A DNA stretch of 64,000 nucleotides from a virus (taxonomy: Duplodnaviria; Caudoviricetes): positions 91-64,090 of IMG/VR virus record IMGVR_UViG_3300033463_000115; one strand, written 5' to 3'. Of the stretch, positions 44,764 through 53,332 are shown piece after piece. Positions within the stretch are counted from its first letter, which is position 1; every line of letters starts with the position of its first letter. The notes under the pieces were generated by a model. That model searched no databases. It saw only the letters and a program-made list of their open reading frames with translations, and had not been told where the DNA came from. The position numbers were made by a program, and so were the translations under genes.

Positions 44764-44788
44764 TCGCATTTTTTCCATGTCTTATAGT
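44764..44788 (+). promoter_or_regulatory. Repeated promoter-like motif, copy 9
   Basis: TCGCA-14-TATAGT, overlapping the end of the upstream hairpin. Confidence 0.8.
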
Positions 44789-44839
44789 AGAGATGATCGA
44801 AGTGGTCATCCGAATCTAAACTTTTAGGAGGAATTTAAA

Positions 44840-45091
44840 ATGAAAGAATCAACAAAGAAACTTTTAAAGGCAATAGCTTGTATGGCAGGATGCGCTGCTG
44901 TTAGTGGTGCGGCTGGAAAAGGTATGGAGTTTGCCAAGGATAAGATTATCAATGGTGGAAACGATACAGAACCAGATTACACACCAACAGAAGAACAGGC
45001 TGCTGAACTTGCGGCTGTATGCCCCGAAAAGAAAGACGAGGAGTTGATCGAGGAAACAATTGAAGAAGTAGAGGAGGAAGAAAACAAGTAA
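44840..45091 (+). CDS. Small protein with hydrophobic N-terminus and acidic tail
   Basis: 83 aa; terminator at about 45097-45133. Confidence 0.75.
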   Translation: MKESTKKLLKAIACMAGCAAVSGAAGKGMEFAKDKIINGGNDTEPDYTPTEEQAAELAAVCPEKKDEELIEETIEEVEEEENK

Positions 45092-45136
45092 TCTCAAAGG
45101 GCACTGTGAAATATTCACGGTGCCTTATTTTTTCAC

Positions 45137-45161
45137 TCGCATTTTTTTCACCTCCTATAGT
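45137..45161 (+). promoter_or_regulatory. Repeated promoter-like motif, copy 10
   Basis: TCGCA-14-TATAGT. Confidence 0.8.
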
Positions 45162-45217
45162 GAAGGAGGTACAGAAGAAAAAATCAAACAATATTATTTT
45201 TGAAAGGAGTTCAGATT

Positions 45218-46054
45218 ATGAACGGAAAGAATTTATTAAAATTAACAAAGGAATTTGTGACAAAGAATTCAAGTGTAATCTTGGCATCGTTAGCAGGAGT
45301 GAGTGCAGTATCTGCCGTCCTGTTAGCGATTAAAGATGCGCCAAAGGTCAATCAGATGATGAACGAAAAGACCGAAGAAAAAGGTGAAGACCTCACTAAG
45401 AAGGAGACAGCAGTAGTATATGTAAAGGGATATTGGAAGACAATACTCCTGACTACTACAACGTTACTCTTGATAGCAGGAAACACCTACATTGATGGTC
45501 GTAAGTATGCTGCGCTTGGAGCAGCCTATGCTCTGACTGATGGCAAACTTAAAGACCTAAAGTCATCTATCAAGGAAACCCTTGGTGTTGAAGATCAGAA
45601 GAAGGTTGAAGACAAGGCTACTGAGAAAGCAATCGAGAAGAATCCTTACAATAGGACTTACGATGAAGCCGAAGAACGGTTCATGCCACCAGCCGTCATT
45701 CAGGATACTAAAAATAATGGACTGACACTGTTCTGGGATGACTTTACAGGACATTGGTTCTGGAGTACAAGAGAGAAGATACAGGATGCCGCTAACTTCT
45801 GTAACAAAATGTTACTGAAAAACGAATATGTCGGACTTAACGAGTTCTATGACCAGTTAGGTATAGAGACGTCACTATTGTCCGGAATGTTTGGATGGCA
45901 TGTAGATCAGTGTAGTTATTCTGACTATAATGTGATCGAACCAGACCTTGACTCCGAATGGGGAGACTATACAGACCCATCAAGAGGAGGTCAGTATGGC
46001 ATATTAAGATTTGTAACCGAACCGGTATATGAGTACGAACGATACAACCGTTGA
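45218..46054 (+). CDS. DUF6353-like membrane-anchored paralog 1
   Basis: N-terminal TM, coiled coil, C-terminal LNEFYDQLG..FGW. Confidence 0.7.
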   Translation: MNGKNLLKLTKEFVTKNSSVILASLAGVSAVSAVLLAIKDAPKVNQMMNEKTEEKGEDLTKKETAVVYVKGYWKTILLTTTTLLLIAGNTYIDGRKYAALGAAYALTDGKLKDLKSSIKETLGVEDQKKVEDKATEKAIEKNPYNRTYDEAEERFMPPAVIQDTKNNGLTLFWDDFTGHWFWSTREKIQDAANFCNKMLLKNEYVGLNEFYDQLGIETSLLSGMFGWHVDQCSYSDYNVIEPDLDSEWGDYTDPSRGGQYGILRFVTEPVYEYERYNR

Positions 46055-46098
46055 TTGACCTTACTGAGCCCTGGAGAAATCTGGGGCTCTTTTATTTT

Positions 46099-46123
46099 TC
46101 GCATATTTTTCATCCTCTATAAT
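46099..46123 (+). promoter_or_regulatory. Repeated promoter-like motif, copy 11
   Basis: TCGCA-14-TATAAT after terminator 46065-46099. Confidence 0.8.
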
Positions 46124-46165
46124 GACAAGGAGATCTTGTTAAATTATTTTTAGGAGGTATTTTTT

Positions 46166-46369
46166 ATGAAACAAAAGCACGTTGACATGTTGAGAGAGGT
46201 TCGTCTCTGGACAACGCAAGTGATAACACCGGCAGCGGTTGCTATCCTAGCAATCCCAGAGTTAAGAAATTCTCTTAACGAAACAATTAAGGAAATAAAA
46301 AGAAAACACTCTGTAAAGAAAATGAAAAAAGAAATCTATGTCGTAAAGGAGGATAAAGAGGAGTCATAA
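46166..46369 (+). CDS. Small hypothetical protein
   Basis: 67 aa, AGGAGGT RBS. Confidence 0.7.
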   Translation: MKQKHVDMLREVRLWTTQVITPAAVAILAIPELRNSLNETIKEIKRKHSVKKMKKEIYVVKEDKEES

Positions 46370-46413
46370 TTGGCTCCTTATATTTTTACCTATATTACTA
46401 AGGAGGAATAATT

Positions 46414-46995
46414 ATGATGAATATTATTAAGAAGATAGCGAAGATTGGTATAATTGTGGCGCCAGCAGTATATGCTACAGTTAAGTATATTAAAGCTATC
46501 GATAGTGATAGTTTTACTGAGAAATACAATAAGAGAAAGGAAGCTAAGGCAGCCAACGACAATGAAAAAGTGGAGGAAATCACAAAAGAAATACATGAAG
46601 AAATAGAACCTGCTGTGAAGACTATCAAAACAGTAATTAAGTTATACAATGCACTTTATATTTTAAATAAACTTAATACTTTGTACCACTATTACACTGA
46701 TGATAATTATGTATGCTTAAACGGTCTTATTAACATTGACACGAAACAAGACGTGATAAACATATTCAGAAAGTCATCTGACTGGACAAAGTATATGAAA
46801 GGTAGTGCGCATATTTCAACTATATCCCTTAAAAAGGTTATAGGCTCTATATATGAATCAGGCGGGACGTTTAAAGACGTTATTACATCTTTAAGAAGAT
46901 TCAGAAAAGGAGTAGGTATATCTTTTATGGGCGATAGTGTTAAGTTTATGGATATATTTATCCAAACACCTATTAAACAGTATGTAAAAAAGTAA
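46414..46995 (+). CDS. Membrane-anchored hypothetical protein
   Basis: 193 aa, AAGGAGG RBS. Confidence 0.7.
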   Translation: MMNIIKKIAKIGIIVAPAVYATVKYIKAIDSDSFTEKYNKRKEAKAANDNEKVEEITKEIHEEIEPAVKTIKTVIKLYNALYILNKLNTLYHYYTDDNYVCLNGLINIDTKQDVINIFRKSSDWTKYMKGSAHISTISLKKVIGSIYESGGTFKDVITSLRRFRKGVGISFMGDSVKFMDIFIQTPIKQYVKK

Positions 46996-47013
46996 TTGAA
47001 AGGAGTTATATTT

Positions 47014-47601
47014 ATGGAGGAATATAAGAACAATTCACTTAAGGCTCGTGAAGCCGAGTCTGAAAAACAGAAACCAAAGCAGACACCAATAGTCAAGGGT
47101 GAGGTAAAACAGAAATCCTCGCTCAAGTCAAAGGTGATGAGTACATTCATACATGAGGATCGTGAATCAGTCCTCGAATATGCTGTCATGGATGTGCTTG
47201 TACCAATGCTAAAGGAAGCAGCACTTAATATGGTGAATGGCACTCTTAGCATGTTATTTTATGGAGATGCTAATAAAGGGGGACGAGTCAACTACAACAA
47301 GACTTCGACTTCTTCTGCTTCATATAATCAAGGAAGGAGGGACTACCAAGCTGAATCAAACAGATCCAACACTGATGATGTTATATTAGCTAGCAGGTCT
47401 GATGCAGTGAACGTATTAAATCAGATGAGGGATTTAATTGAACAGTATGATAGATGCACCGTTGCCGATTATTATGATTTAGTTGGCGTATCATCTAACT
47501 TCACCGACAATAACTTCGGCTGGACGAATTTGGATTCAGCTTATGTGACTTCAGTAAGAGGTGGATTTACATTGAAACTCCCAACTGCAAGAAGACTGTA
47601 A
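47014..47601 (+). CDS. Hypothetical protein sharing the paralog C-terminal domain
   Basis: VADYYDLVGV..FGWTNL; GAAAGGAG RBS. Confidence 0.75.
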   Translation: MEEYKNNSLKAREAESEKQKPKQTPIVKGEVKQKSSLKSKVMSTFIHEDRESVLEYAVMDVLVPMLKEAALNMVNGTLSMLFYGDANKGGRVNYNKTSTSSASYNQGRRDYQAESNRSNTDDVILASRSDAVNVLNQMRDLIEQYDRCTVADYYDLVGVSSNFTDNNFGWTNLDSAYVTSVRGGFTLKLPTARRL

Positions 47602-47602
47602 G

Positions 47603-47627
47603 TCGCATATATTTCACTTTCTATTAT
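47603..47627 (+). promoter_or_regulatory. Repeated promoter-like motif, copy 12
   Basis: TCGCA-14-TATTAT followed by AGAAAGGAG. Confidence 0.75.
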
Positions 47628-47644
47628 AGAAAGGAGTTGATATT

Positions 47645-47929
47645 ATGATTATCAACATAATGAAAGAATTGAAAGAAAGTAAATTATTAAAGGATTTAGC
47701 TCTTAAGAGTTATAATTCCGCTTGCGACCGAATGAACAACGGCCTCATTGACACTTTTAATAAGTTATGGGAGTCCAAAGGACGTGACTTTGGAACTGAA
47801 GCTTATGAAAGTGCTTATGAACACCTGTTCAAAAAAGTTTGGACGGAAGAAATAAATAAAATAAGAGGTAAGTTCTCATTAGAACAGATAATAAACACTT
47901 TCAAAGAATTCAAAATACGTTATAAGTAA
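47645..47929 (+). CDS. Hypothetical protein (cassette gene)
   Basis: 94 aa; terminator at about 47941-47979. Confidence 0.7.
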   Translation: MIINIMKELKESKLLKDLALKSYNSACDRMNNGLIDTFNKLWESKGRDFGTEAYESAYEHLFKKVWTEEINKIRGKFSLEQIINTFKEFKIRYK

Positions 47930-47993
47930 AACAAATTTCTAAGAGGTTTTGGAATTATATTCCGAGCCTCTTCTTTTTCAAAGGAGGATAACG

Positions 47994-48278
47994 ATGGACA
48001 ACCAAATTAAAGAGATCGCCGAATATTACGGATACGAATCTCAAATAGATCAAATGCAGGAGGAATGTGGCGAGTTCATAGTAGCCCGTTCTAAAGTCAG
48101 AAGAAATATCCCAGGTGCTTGGGATAATCTCATTGAGGAAATTGCTGACATAAGTATCATGGTTGACCAGATGAAGCTTATTATCGGTGAGGATAAAATC
48201 AATGAGGTTAGGTCTGAAAAGATAAGACGTCAAATATTGAGAATCAGAGAGGAGAAGAATAATGGAGAACAAAATTAA
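47994..48278 (+). CDS. MazG-like nucleotide pyrophosphohydrolase
   Basis: QMQEECGEF..NLIEEIADISIM (EExxE..EExxD). Confidence 0.75.
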   Translation: MDNQIKEIAEYYGYESQIDQMQEECGEFIVARSKVRRNIPGAWDNLIEEIADISIMVDQMKLIIGEDKINEVRSEKIRRQILRIREEKNNGEQN

Positions 48279-48501
48279 CCACCCTGATTATTATCAGGGA
48301 AAGTTTGAATGCATTGATGTTATGAGAGCTATGTTTGGTGACTTTGCTGTAGCTGACTTCTGTAAATGTAATGCATTTAAGTATCGTTTCAGGGCAGGAA
48401 AGAAACCAGGCGAAGAAGCTGAGAAAGACCTCGCTAAAGCAGAATGGTACGAAGAGTACCTTATTAACATGATGAAAGATAAAAATAAGGATACATTTTA
48501 A
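48262..48501 (+). CDS. DUF3310-like protein
   Basis: INHPDYY..ECIDV..FCKCNAFKY..RAGKK..DLAKA.WY. Confidence 0.8.
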   Translation: MENKINHPDYYQGKFECIDVMRAMFGDFAVADFCKCNAFKYRFRAGKKPGEEAEKDLAKAEWYEEYLINMMKDKNKDTF

Positions 48502-48514
48502 GGAGGAAATATTT

Positions 48515-48892
48515 ATGAAAAAGGAAACATATGCATTTATTATTGGAACAGTAATAGGTTATAATGTAAAGAAGTTCATGGAGAAGCCAGTTAACAGAGT
48601 TACTGAGAGGATTATAAACAATGCTAAGAAGAAAGTCGCAGATGAAATGTATAGAGTGCTCATGGGAGGAACTCCCGAAGAAGTATTAGAAGCTAGAAAG
48701 AGAGTAAATTATACTAAAGACCACGATCTTAGAGAATGGAAGCATAAAGTCGATTATAGAAAAATAGGTAAAAATAATATTAACGAGGAAAAGAAGAAAG
48801 AGTTCTTAGATGAAATCTCATTATATTTTTGCGATAATCCTAATGATGAAGATTTTATAAGAGAGATATTTGAGGAGGTTTTTGAAAAATGA
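48515..48892 (+). CDS. Hypothetical protein
   Basis: 125 aa, AAGGAGG RBS. Confidence 0.7.
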   Translation: MKKETYAFIIGTVIGYNVKKFMEKPVNRVTERIINNAKKKVADEMYRVLMGGTPEEVLEARKRVNYTKDHDLREWKHKVDYRKIGKNNINEEKKKEFLDEISLYFCDNPNDEDFIREIFEEVFEK

Positions 48893-49065
48893 AAGGAAAG
48901 AAGTGTATATTGTCAGTAAGTACGATGAATAAGCTCACTGACGATTATGAGAATGTGGAGTTTGTTATCGATTCTACTCTTCTTAAGGTAACATTATCGA
49001 ATGGTAGAGTTATTATATATCCACTGATAAATGTGGCGAGGATAAGTTTTAAGGAATCCGCATAA
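48889..49065 (+). CDS. Small hypothetical protein (not in ORF track)
   Basis: 58 aa MKGKKCILSVST..SFKESA; GAGGAGG RBS; ATGA overlap. Confidence 0.55.
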   Translation: MKGKKCILSVSTMNKLTDDYENVEFVIDSTLLKVTLSNGRVIIYPLINVARISFKESA

Positions 49066-49082
49066 TTTTCATCTCCTATAAT
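49058..49082 (+). promoter_or_regulatory. Repeated promoter-like motif, copy 13
   Basis: CCGCA-14-TATAAT followed by GAAAGGAG. Confidence 0.75.
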
Positions 49083-49307
49083 GAAAGGAGTTGATTAATA
49101 TGCTAAAATTTATATTAAACGTATTTAGTACAGCTTTGGTATTCGCTCTAGCGGTTTTAGCACTAAGCGTGCACAACTACTGGATTGGAATACCATCGCT
49201 AATTGTATTGTTTTTTATGAGTTATAAAATGCATAAAGATCTTTACAAAGACTTATGGAGCTGAAACACGCTCCATTATTTTTTTAAACTTGAAAGGAGT
49301 TATACTT

Positions 49308-50255
49308 ATGAGTATTAAGCAGACATTAATGAGCGCAGGCTCAAAGGCATTATTTAAAGTAAAGAAGGCTTCCCCAGAACTTCTTATATTTGGAGGTATT
49401 GTTACAGGAGGTGTTGCTACATTTATGTTATGTAAGCAGACACTTAATGTGGAGAGTATCATCGACGAGACAAAAGAAACTCTCGACAAAGTCCATGAAC
49501 AAGAAGCAAAGATAGAAGCAGGCGAGGAGCCAAAGTATAAGGATAAGAAAACAGAAGAACTTATCCCATATACAAAGGAAACAGCTAAGAGAGATAAAAC
49601 CATTGCATATTTACAGTGCGGAGCTAAGATGGTTAAGAATTACGCACCAGCGGCAGGTCTTTATATTCTGTCTGTAGTGATGATTTTGGGCGGATTTAAA
49701 ATCATCAAGGGACGCTATGTCACAACTATGGCTGTTCTCTCTACAACGCAAAGCGCGTTCAAGGATTATCGTAATAAAATAGCCGACAAGTATGGAAAGA
49801 CAGTTGACTTAGAAACACTTCTTGGTGTTGAACACACTGAGGAGACAGAGGAGTCAATCGACGAAGACGGAAACATCAAAGTCAAAGAAACAGAGAAGCA
49901 CACAGCTACACGTAATAGAGTAGATGATAGTGACTTCTGTAGATTGTTTGACGAATTAAACGCCAAGACATATAAGATGGATGCGATCGCAAACTATACT
50001 TGGCTTAAGCAGGCTGAGAAGTATGCAACACAAAGATTAAGGGATAGAGGACATTTATTCCTTAACGAAGTATATGATATGCTGGGTATGGAGCACACTT
50101 CAACTGGTGCAATCTGCGGATGGAGAGTAAATGGAGACGGAGACGACTTTGTTTCCTTCGGTCTGGAAAGTATTCCATCAGAATGGGACTGGTATGAAGA
50201 ACCAGCTATGTGGTTGAATTTCAACTGCGAGGGCGTGATATATGACAAAATCTGA
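49308..50255 (+). CDS. DUF6353-like membrane-anchored paralog 2
   Basis: KKASPELLIFGGIV TM; C-terminal FLNEVYDMLG..CGW. Confidence 0.75.
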   Translation: MSIKQTLMSAGSKALFKVKKASPELLIFGGIVTGGVATFMLCKQTLNVESIIDETKETLDKVHEQEAKIEAGEEPKYKDKKTEELIPYTKETAKRDKTIAYLQCGAKMVKNYAPAAGLYILSVVMILGGFKIIKGRYVTTMAVLSTTQSAFKDYRNKIADKYGKTVDLETLLGVEHTEETEESIDEDGNIKVKETEKHTATRNRVDDSDFCRLFDELNAKTYKMDAIANYTWLKQAEKYATQRLRDRGHLFLNEVYDMLGMEHTSTGAICGWRVNGDGDDFVSFGLESIPSEWDWYEEPAMWLNFNCEGVIYDKI

Positions 50256-50384
50256 GGATATTCTCGATGAGATAAGAGATAGTTGCTCACATAATTGTGA
50301 CAACTGTCCTATCTCTGATGAGTGTGAGGACTATGAGCCACAACTTAGTGGTATGCTAGAATAATTATATTGAGGAGGAGAGCT

Positions 50385-50582
50385 ATGTTACCTATAAGAT
50401 TATGTTATAAATGCGGGGATCCTATATCCGAAAACGAATACATTTGTAGTGAGTGTGCTAATAAAGAAAAGCCTCCTTTTTACAGATGTAAGTATTTTAA
50501 TGAGAATTCATTTACCTGTAACTTAACGGGTGACGATTGTTTAAGTAAATGTGAGCAAAGCGAGGAGGTTATTTCCGAATGA
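50385..50582 (+). CDS. Cys-rich Zn-finger-like protein
   Basis: CYKC, CSEC, C..C..C. Confidence 0.6.
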   Translation: MLPIRLCYKCGDPISENEYICSECANKEKPPFYRCKYFNENSFTCNLTGDDCLSKCEQSEEVISE

Positions 50583-50896
50583 AGTGTTATCATTGCTACT
50601 ATAGATGTAAAACATGTGATACAATAAGACAGCATTTTAATGAAGCACAGGCAAAAGCCAAGAAGCCATATGGAGGGTTTATGGCTGATGGTTCATCATT
50701 ATGTTGGTGTTGTGAACATGCCTGGAACCAAGACTGTTCGTGGCAAGATCATAAAGAACCTATTCCTTACTGGTTAGCAAGGAAGAGAATATTAGAGGGT
50801 AAAGTGACATATAATGTGGAGAGATGTCCACAATTTAAAAGGAGGATACCAGAATGGTTAAAGGAGCAGATGGACAAATCATTGCCGCAAGTTTAA
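50579..50896 (+). CDS. Cys-rich hypothetical protein
   Basis: CYHCYYRCKTC; LCWCCEHA..CSW..CPQF. Confidence 0.65.
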   Translation: MKCYHCYYRCKTCDTIRQHFNEAQAKAKKPYGGFMADGSSLCWCCEHAWNQDCSWQDHKEPIPYWLARKRILEGKVTYNVERCPQFKRRIPEWLKEQMDKSLPQV

Positions 50897-51011
50897 AAGA
50901 GTTGTATTCTAAGTATATTTATGAGGAATATTTCAAACAGGTATCCTTCGGACAGTTTGTGGGTATCTGTAGGTTAAATGGCATTAAAATTACCGGTGAG
51001 GAGGAAATTAA

Positions 51012-51638
51012 ATGAAATTTATTGGCACGTTAGCAACGTTTATTATTGGAGGAGCAATAGGTTCAGGAGTGACCTATTATATTTTGAATAAGAAAGTAAA
51101 AGAAAAATATGAGAAACAAATGACAGAAGAATTAACAAAGTACAAACACGATTTTAAGCTTGATGCATATGAGAAACATCTTGAAGAGATTGATAAGAAA
51201 ACAGAAGAACTAAACAAAGCCAGAGAAGAAGAAATGAAAAAACACGCACCAGACCCAAGAGAAAATCCAATTATTGATACACACAAAACAGATTACACGA
51301 AAACAAAACCAAAGGAGGAAGAAAACATGTCAGATAGTGTAACATTTATAGACACGAAGCCGATAGAAGAATGTAACCCTCTTCCTTATATTATTACAGA
51401 GGAAGAGCATTATTCCGGTCCACAGTATTACGACTTCAACGAATACACTTATATTTTACCAAATGAAGATGTCATCGACGATAACGATGAATTGTTGGAA
51501 GACGTTGACAAGATATTAGGTTGGAAGAATTTAGAGGCTCTTCATGTTAAACGTGATGGAGAGTATATTTATATTAGAAATGAAATGTATGAGTGTGATT
51601 ATCTAATAACACTAAACGATTGGAGGAATAGACGATGA
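51012..51638 (+). CDS. Membrane-anchored hypothetical protein
   Basis: N-terminal TM, coiled coil, acidic C-terminal domain. Confidence 0.75.
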   Translation: MKFIGTLATFIIGGAIGSGVTYYILNKKVKEKYEKQMTEELTKYKHDFKLDAYEKHLEEIDKKTEELNKAREEEMKKHAPDPRENPIIDTHKTDYTKTKPKEEENMSDSVTFIDTKPIEECNPLPYIITEEEHYSGPQYYDFNEYTYILPNEDVIDDNDELLEDVDKILGWKNLEALHVKRDGEYIYIRNEMYECDYLITLNDWRNRR

Positions 51639-52399
51639 AATTCTTGGGTCTGGTAAAGAAACATTCTGGAAAGATATTATTAGCAAGCACATTAGTGGGT
51701 TATGGTGTCTCATTATATTTGACTTCTAAGAGTGCTATAGCTGTTAATGATATTGTTGATAAAGATATTGAGAAGAAAGAGAAGAGGAAAGAGATTGTTA
51801 AAGCAGTAGCTCCATCTGCTGTTAGTATAGCTTTGACTATTAGCTGTATTATATTCTCTTACGTTACAAACCAGAAGAAGGAAGCGGCTCTTACAGGAGC
51901 TCTTATTACTGCTGAGAGAACACTTCACACATATCGTCGTCACCTCTCTACTGACCAGGATAGAGAGATTACAACAGATATATATTCTGAAAAAGTAGAT
52001 CATATTCAGAATGAGCATCCGCAAGAGCTAGATCCAGACGAATGCTTGTTCTGCGAATCCATGACTGGCAAAACATTCGTTATGAAAGAGCGTGACTTTG
52101 CTCTTGCAATGAATGAGATTAACAGAAATATGCAACTAAAGGATGCTGTTAGCTTCAATGAGTGGCTTGCATTTCTAGGATTGGATCCTGTTGATAATGG
52201 CGATCAGTACGGTTGGAGTGTTTATTCAGATGAATTTTATGGATATAAATACATCGACTTCTGGGTTGATAATATGGAGTTTAAAGACGGTACACCATAT
52301 AAACTTATAACATATCCATTCTTACCACATTCCGATTATGAGTGTCCAGATGAATGTTGGTCTGGTCTCGGAGACACATATATGGATTCTGTAGTGTGA
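51635..52399 (+). CDS. DUF6353-like membrane-anchored paralog 3
   Basis: N-terminal TM; C-terminal FNEWLAFLG..YGW. Confidence 0.75.
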   Translation: MKFLGLVKKHSGKILLASTLVGYGVSLYLTSKSAIAVNDIVDKDIEKKEKRKEIVKAVAPSAVSIALTISCIIFSYVTNQKKEAALTGALITAERTLHTYRRHLSTDQDREITTDIYSEKVDHIQNEHPQELDPDECLFCESMTGKTFVMKERDFALAMNEINRNMQLKDAVSFNEWLAFLGLDPVDNGDQYGWSVYSDEFYGYKYIDFWVDNMEFKDGTPYKLITYPFLPHSDYECPDECWSGLGDTYMDSVV

Positions 52400-52410
52400 G
52401 GTGATTATAT

Positions 52411-52737
52411 TTGAAAATTAAAGAACTTACAAGAGTATTATGTATCATTACTTGTAGCATCGGTATGTATGGCGCTGATGTAAAGAACATGCTTCTCTTC
52501 TTACTCCTGATGTTCCTTACATTCTGGTTCGTACCAGGTATTATTGGATTCTTCTTCAGACACGACAGAGAGTATGATGGCGAACTCTTTGTTAAAGACC
52601 GAGACGACGAAGGTACTAATTATATTCTTAGAATACACAAAGTAGCAGACCTACCTAATAAAAAGGAACTGATTATCAACGTTCGTCATAATGATCCTGA
52701 ACAAGATGAACTGGAAATACCAGATGAAGATGAGTAA
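52411..52737 (+). CDS. Membrane protein
   Basis: TTG start, hydrophobic N-terminal half. Confidence 0.65.
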   Translation: MKIKELTRVLCIITCSIGMYGADVKNMLLFLLLMFLTFWFVPGIIGFFFRHDREYDGELFVKDRDDEGTNYILRIHKVADLPNKKELIINVRHNDPEQDELEIPDEDE

Positions 52738-52738
52738 T

Positions 52739-52763
52739 CCGCATATTTTTCACTTCCTATAAT
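52739..52763 (+). promoter_or_regulatory. Repeated promoter-like motif, copy 14
   Basis: CCGCA-14-TATAAT. Confidence 0.75.
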
Positions 52764-52807
52764 AGAGAGCGAGAGCTTTCACTGATAAATTTTTAGGAGG
52801 TAGTATT

Positions 52808-53005
52808 ATGTATACAAAGGATATTGAAAAGATGGAGAAAATTATGAATGAGTTATTTAACATTCAGAACGAGATTGACACAATCTTGGAAACTGAAGAG
52901 TTAGATGATTCAACAGTAATTCTTCTAAATGAAGAATCAATGGCATTAGACGAACTCATAGAAAAAATCAATGAAAGGATTGAGGAATTAAGAAAGGAGA
53001 TCTAA
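52808..53005 (+). CDS. Small acidic coiled-coil protein
   Basis: 65 aa, AGGAGGT RBS. Confidence 0.7.
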   Translation: MYTKDIEKMEKIMNELFNIQNEIDTILETEELDDSTVILLNEESMALDELIEKINERIEELRKEI

Positions 53006-53019
53006 TGATCTTCTTTTTT

Positions 53020-53044
53020 TCGCATATTTTTCATCTTCTATAAT
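53020..53044 (+). promoter_or_regulatory. Repeated promoter-like motif, copy 15
   Basis: TCGCA-14-TATAAT. Confidence 0.8.
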
Positions 53045-53086
53045 GACAGGGTAACTTGTCAATAATATTTTAGGAGGACAAAGAAA

Positions 53087-53278
53087 ATGGAGGCATTTAT
53101 ATTCGGTATGGTTGTAGGTGTAGTTACAACATTAATTAGTATAATTGTAATCAAGTATTATAAAGAATTTGAAGACAATTATAACGATCTAGTTGATAAC
53201 TACAACGATCTTCAGGAATATATTGAACAACAAGACAAAGAACTTGTAAGACTAAAGAACATTATTGACAACAAATAA
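53087..53278 (+). CDS. Small TM plus coiled-coil protein
   Basis: 63 aa; terminator at about 53286-53320. Confidence 0.7.
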   Translation: MEAFIFGMVVGVVTTLISIIVIKYYKEFEDNYNDLVDNYNDLQEYIEQQDKELVRLKNIIDNK

Positions 53279-53332
53279 TTTGTCAAAAGGGAATCATATA
53301 TTTGGTTCCCTATATTTTTTTAAGAAAGGAGT

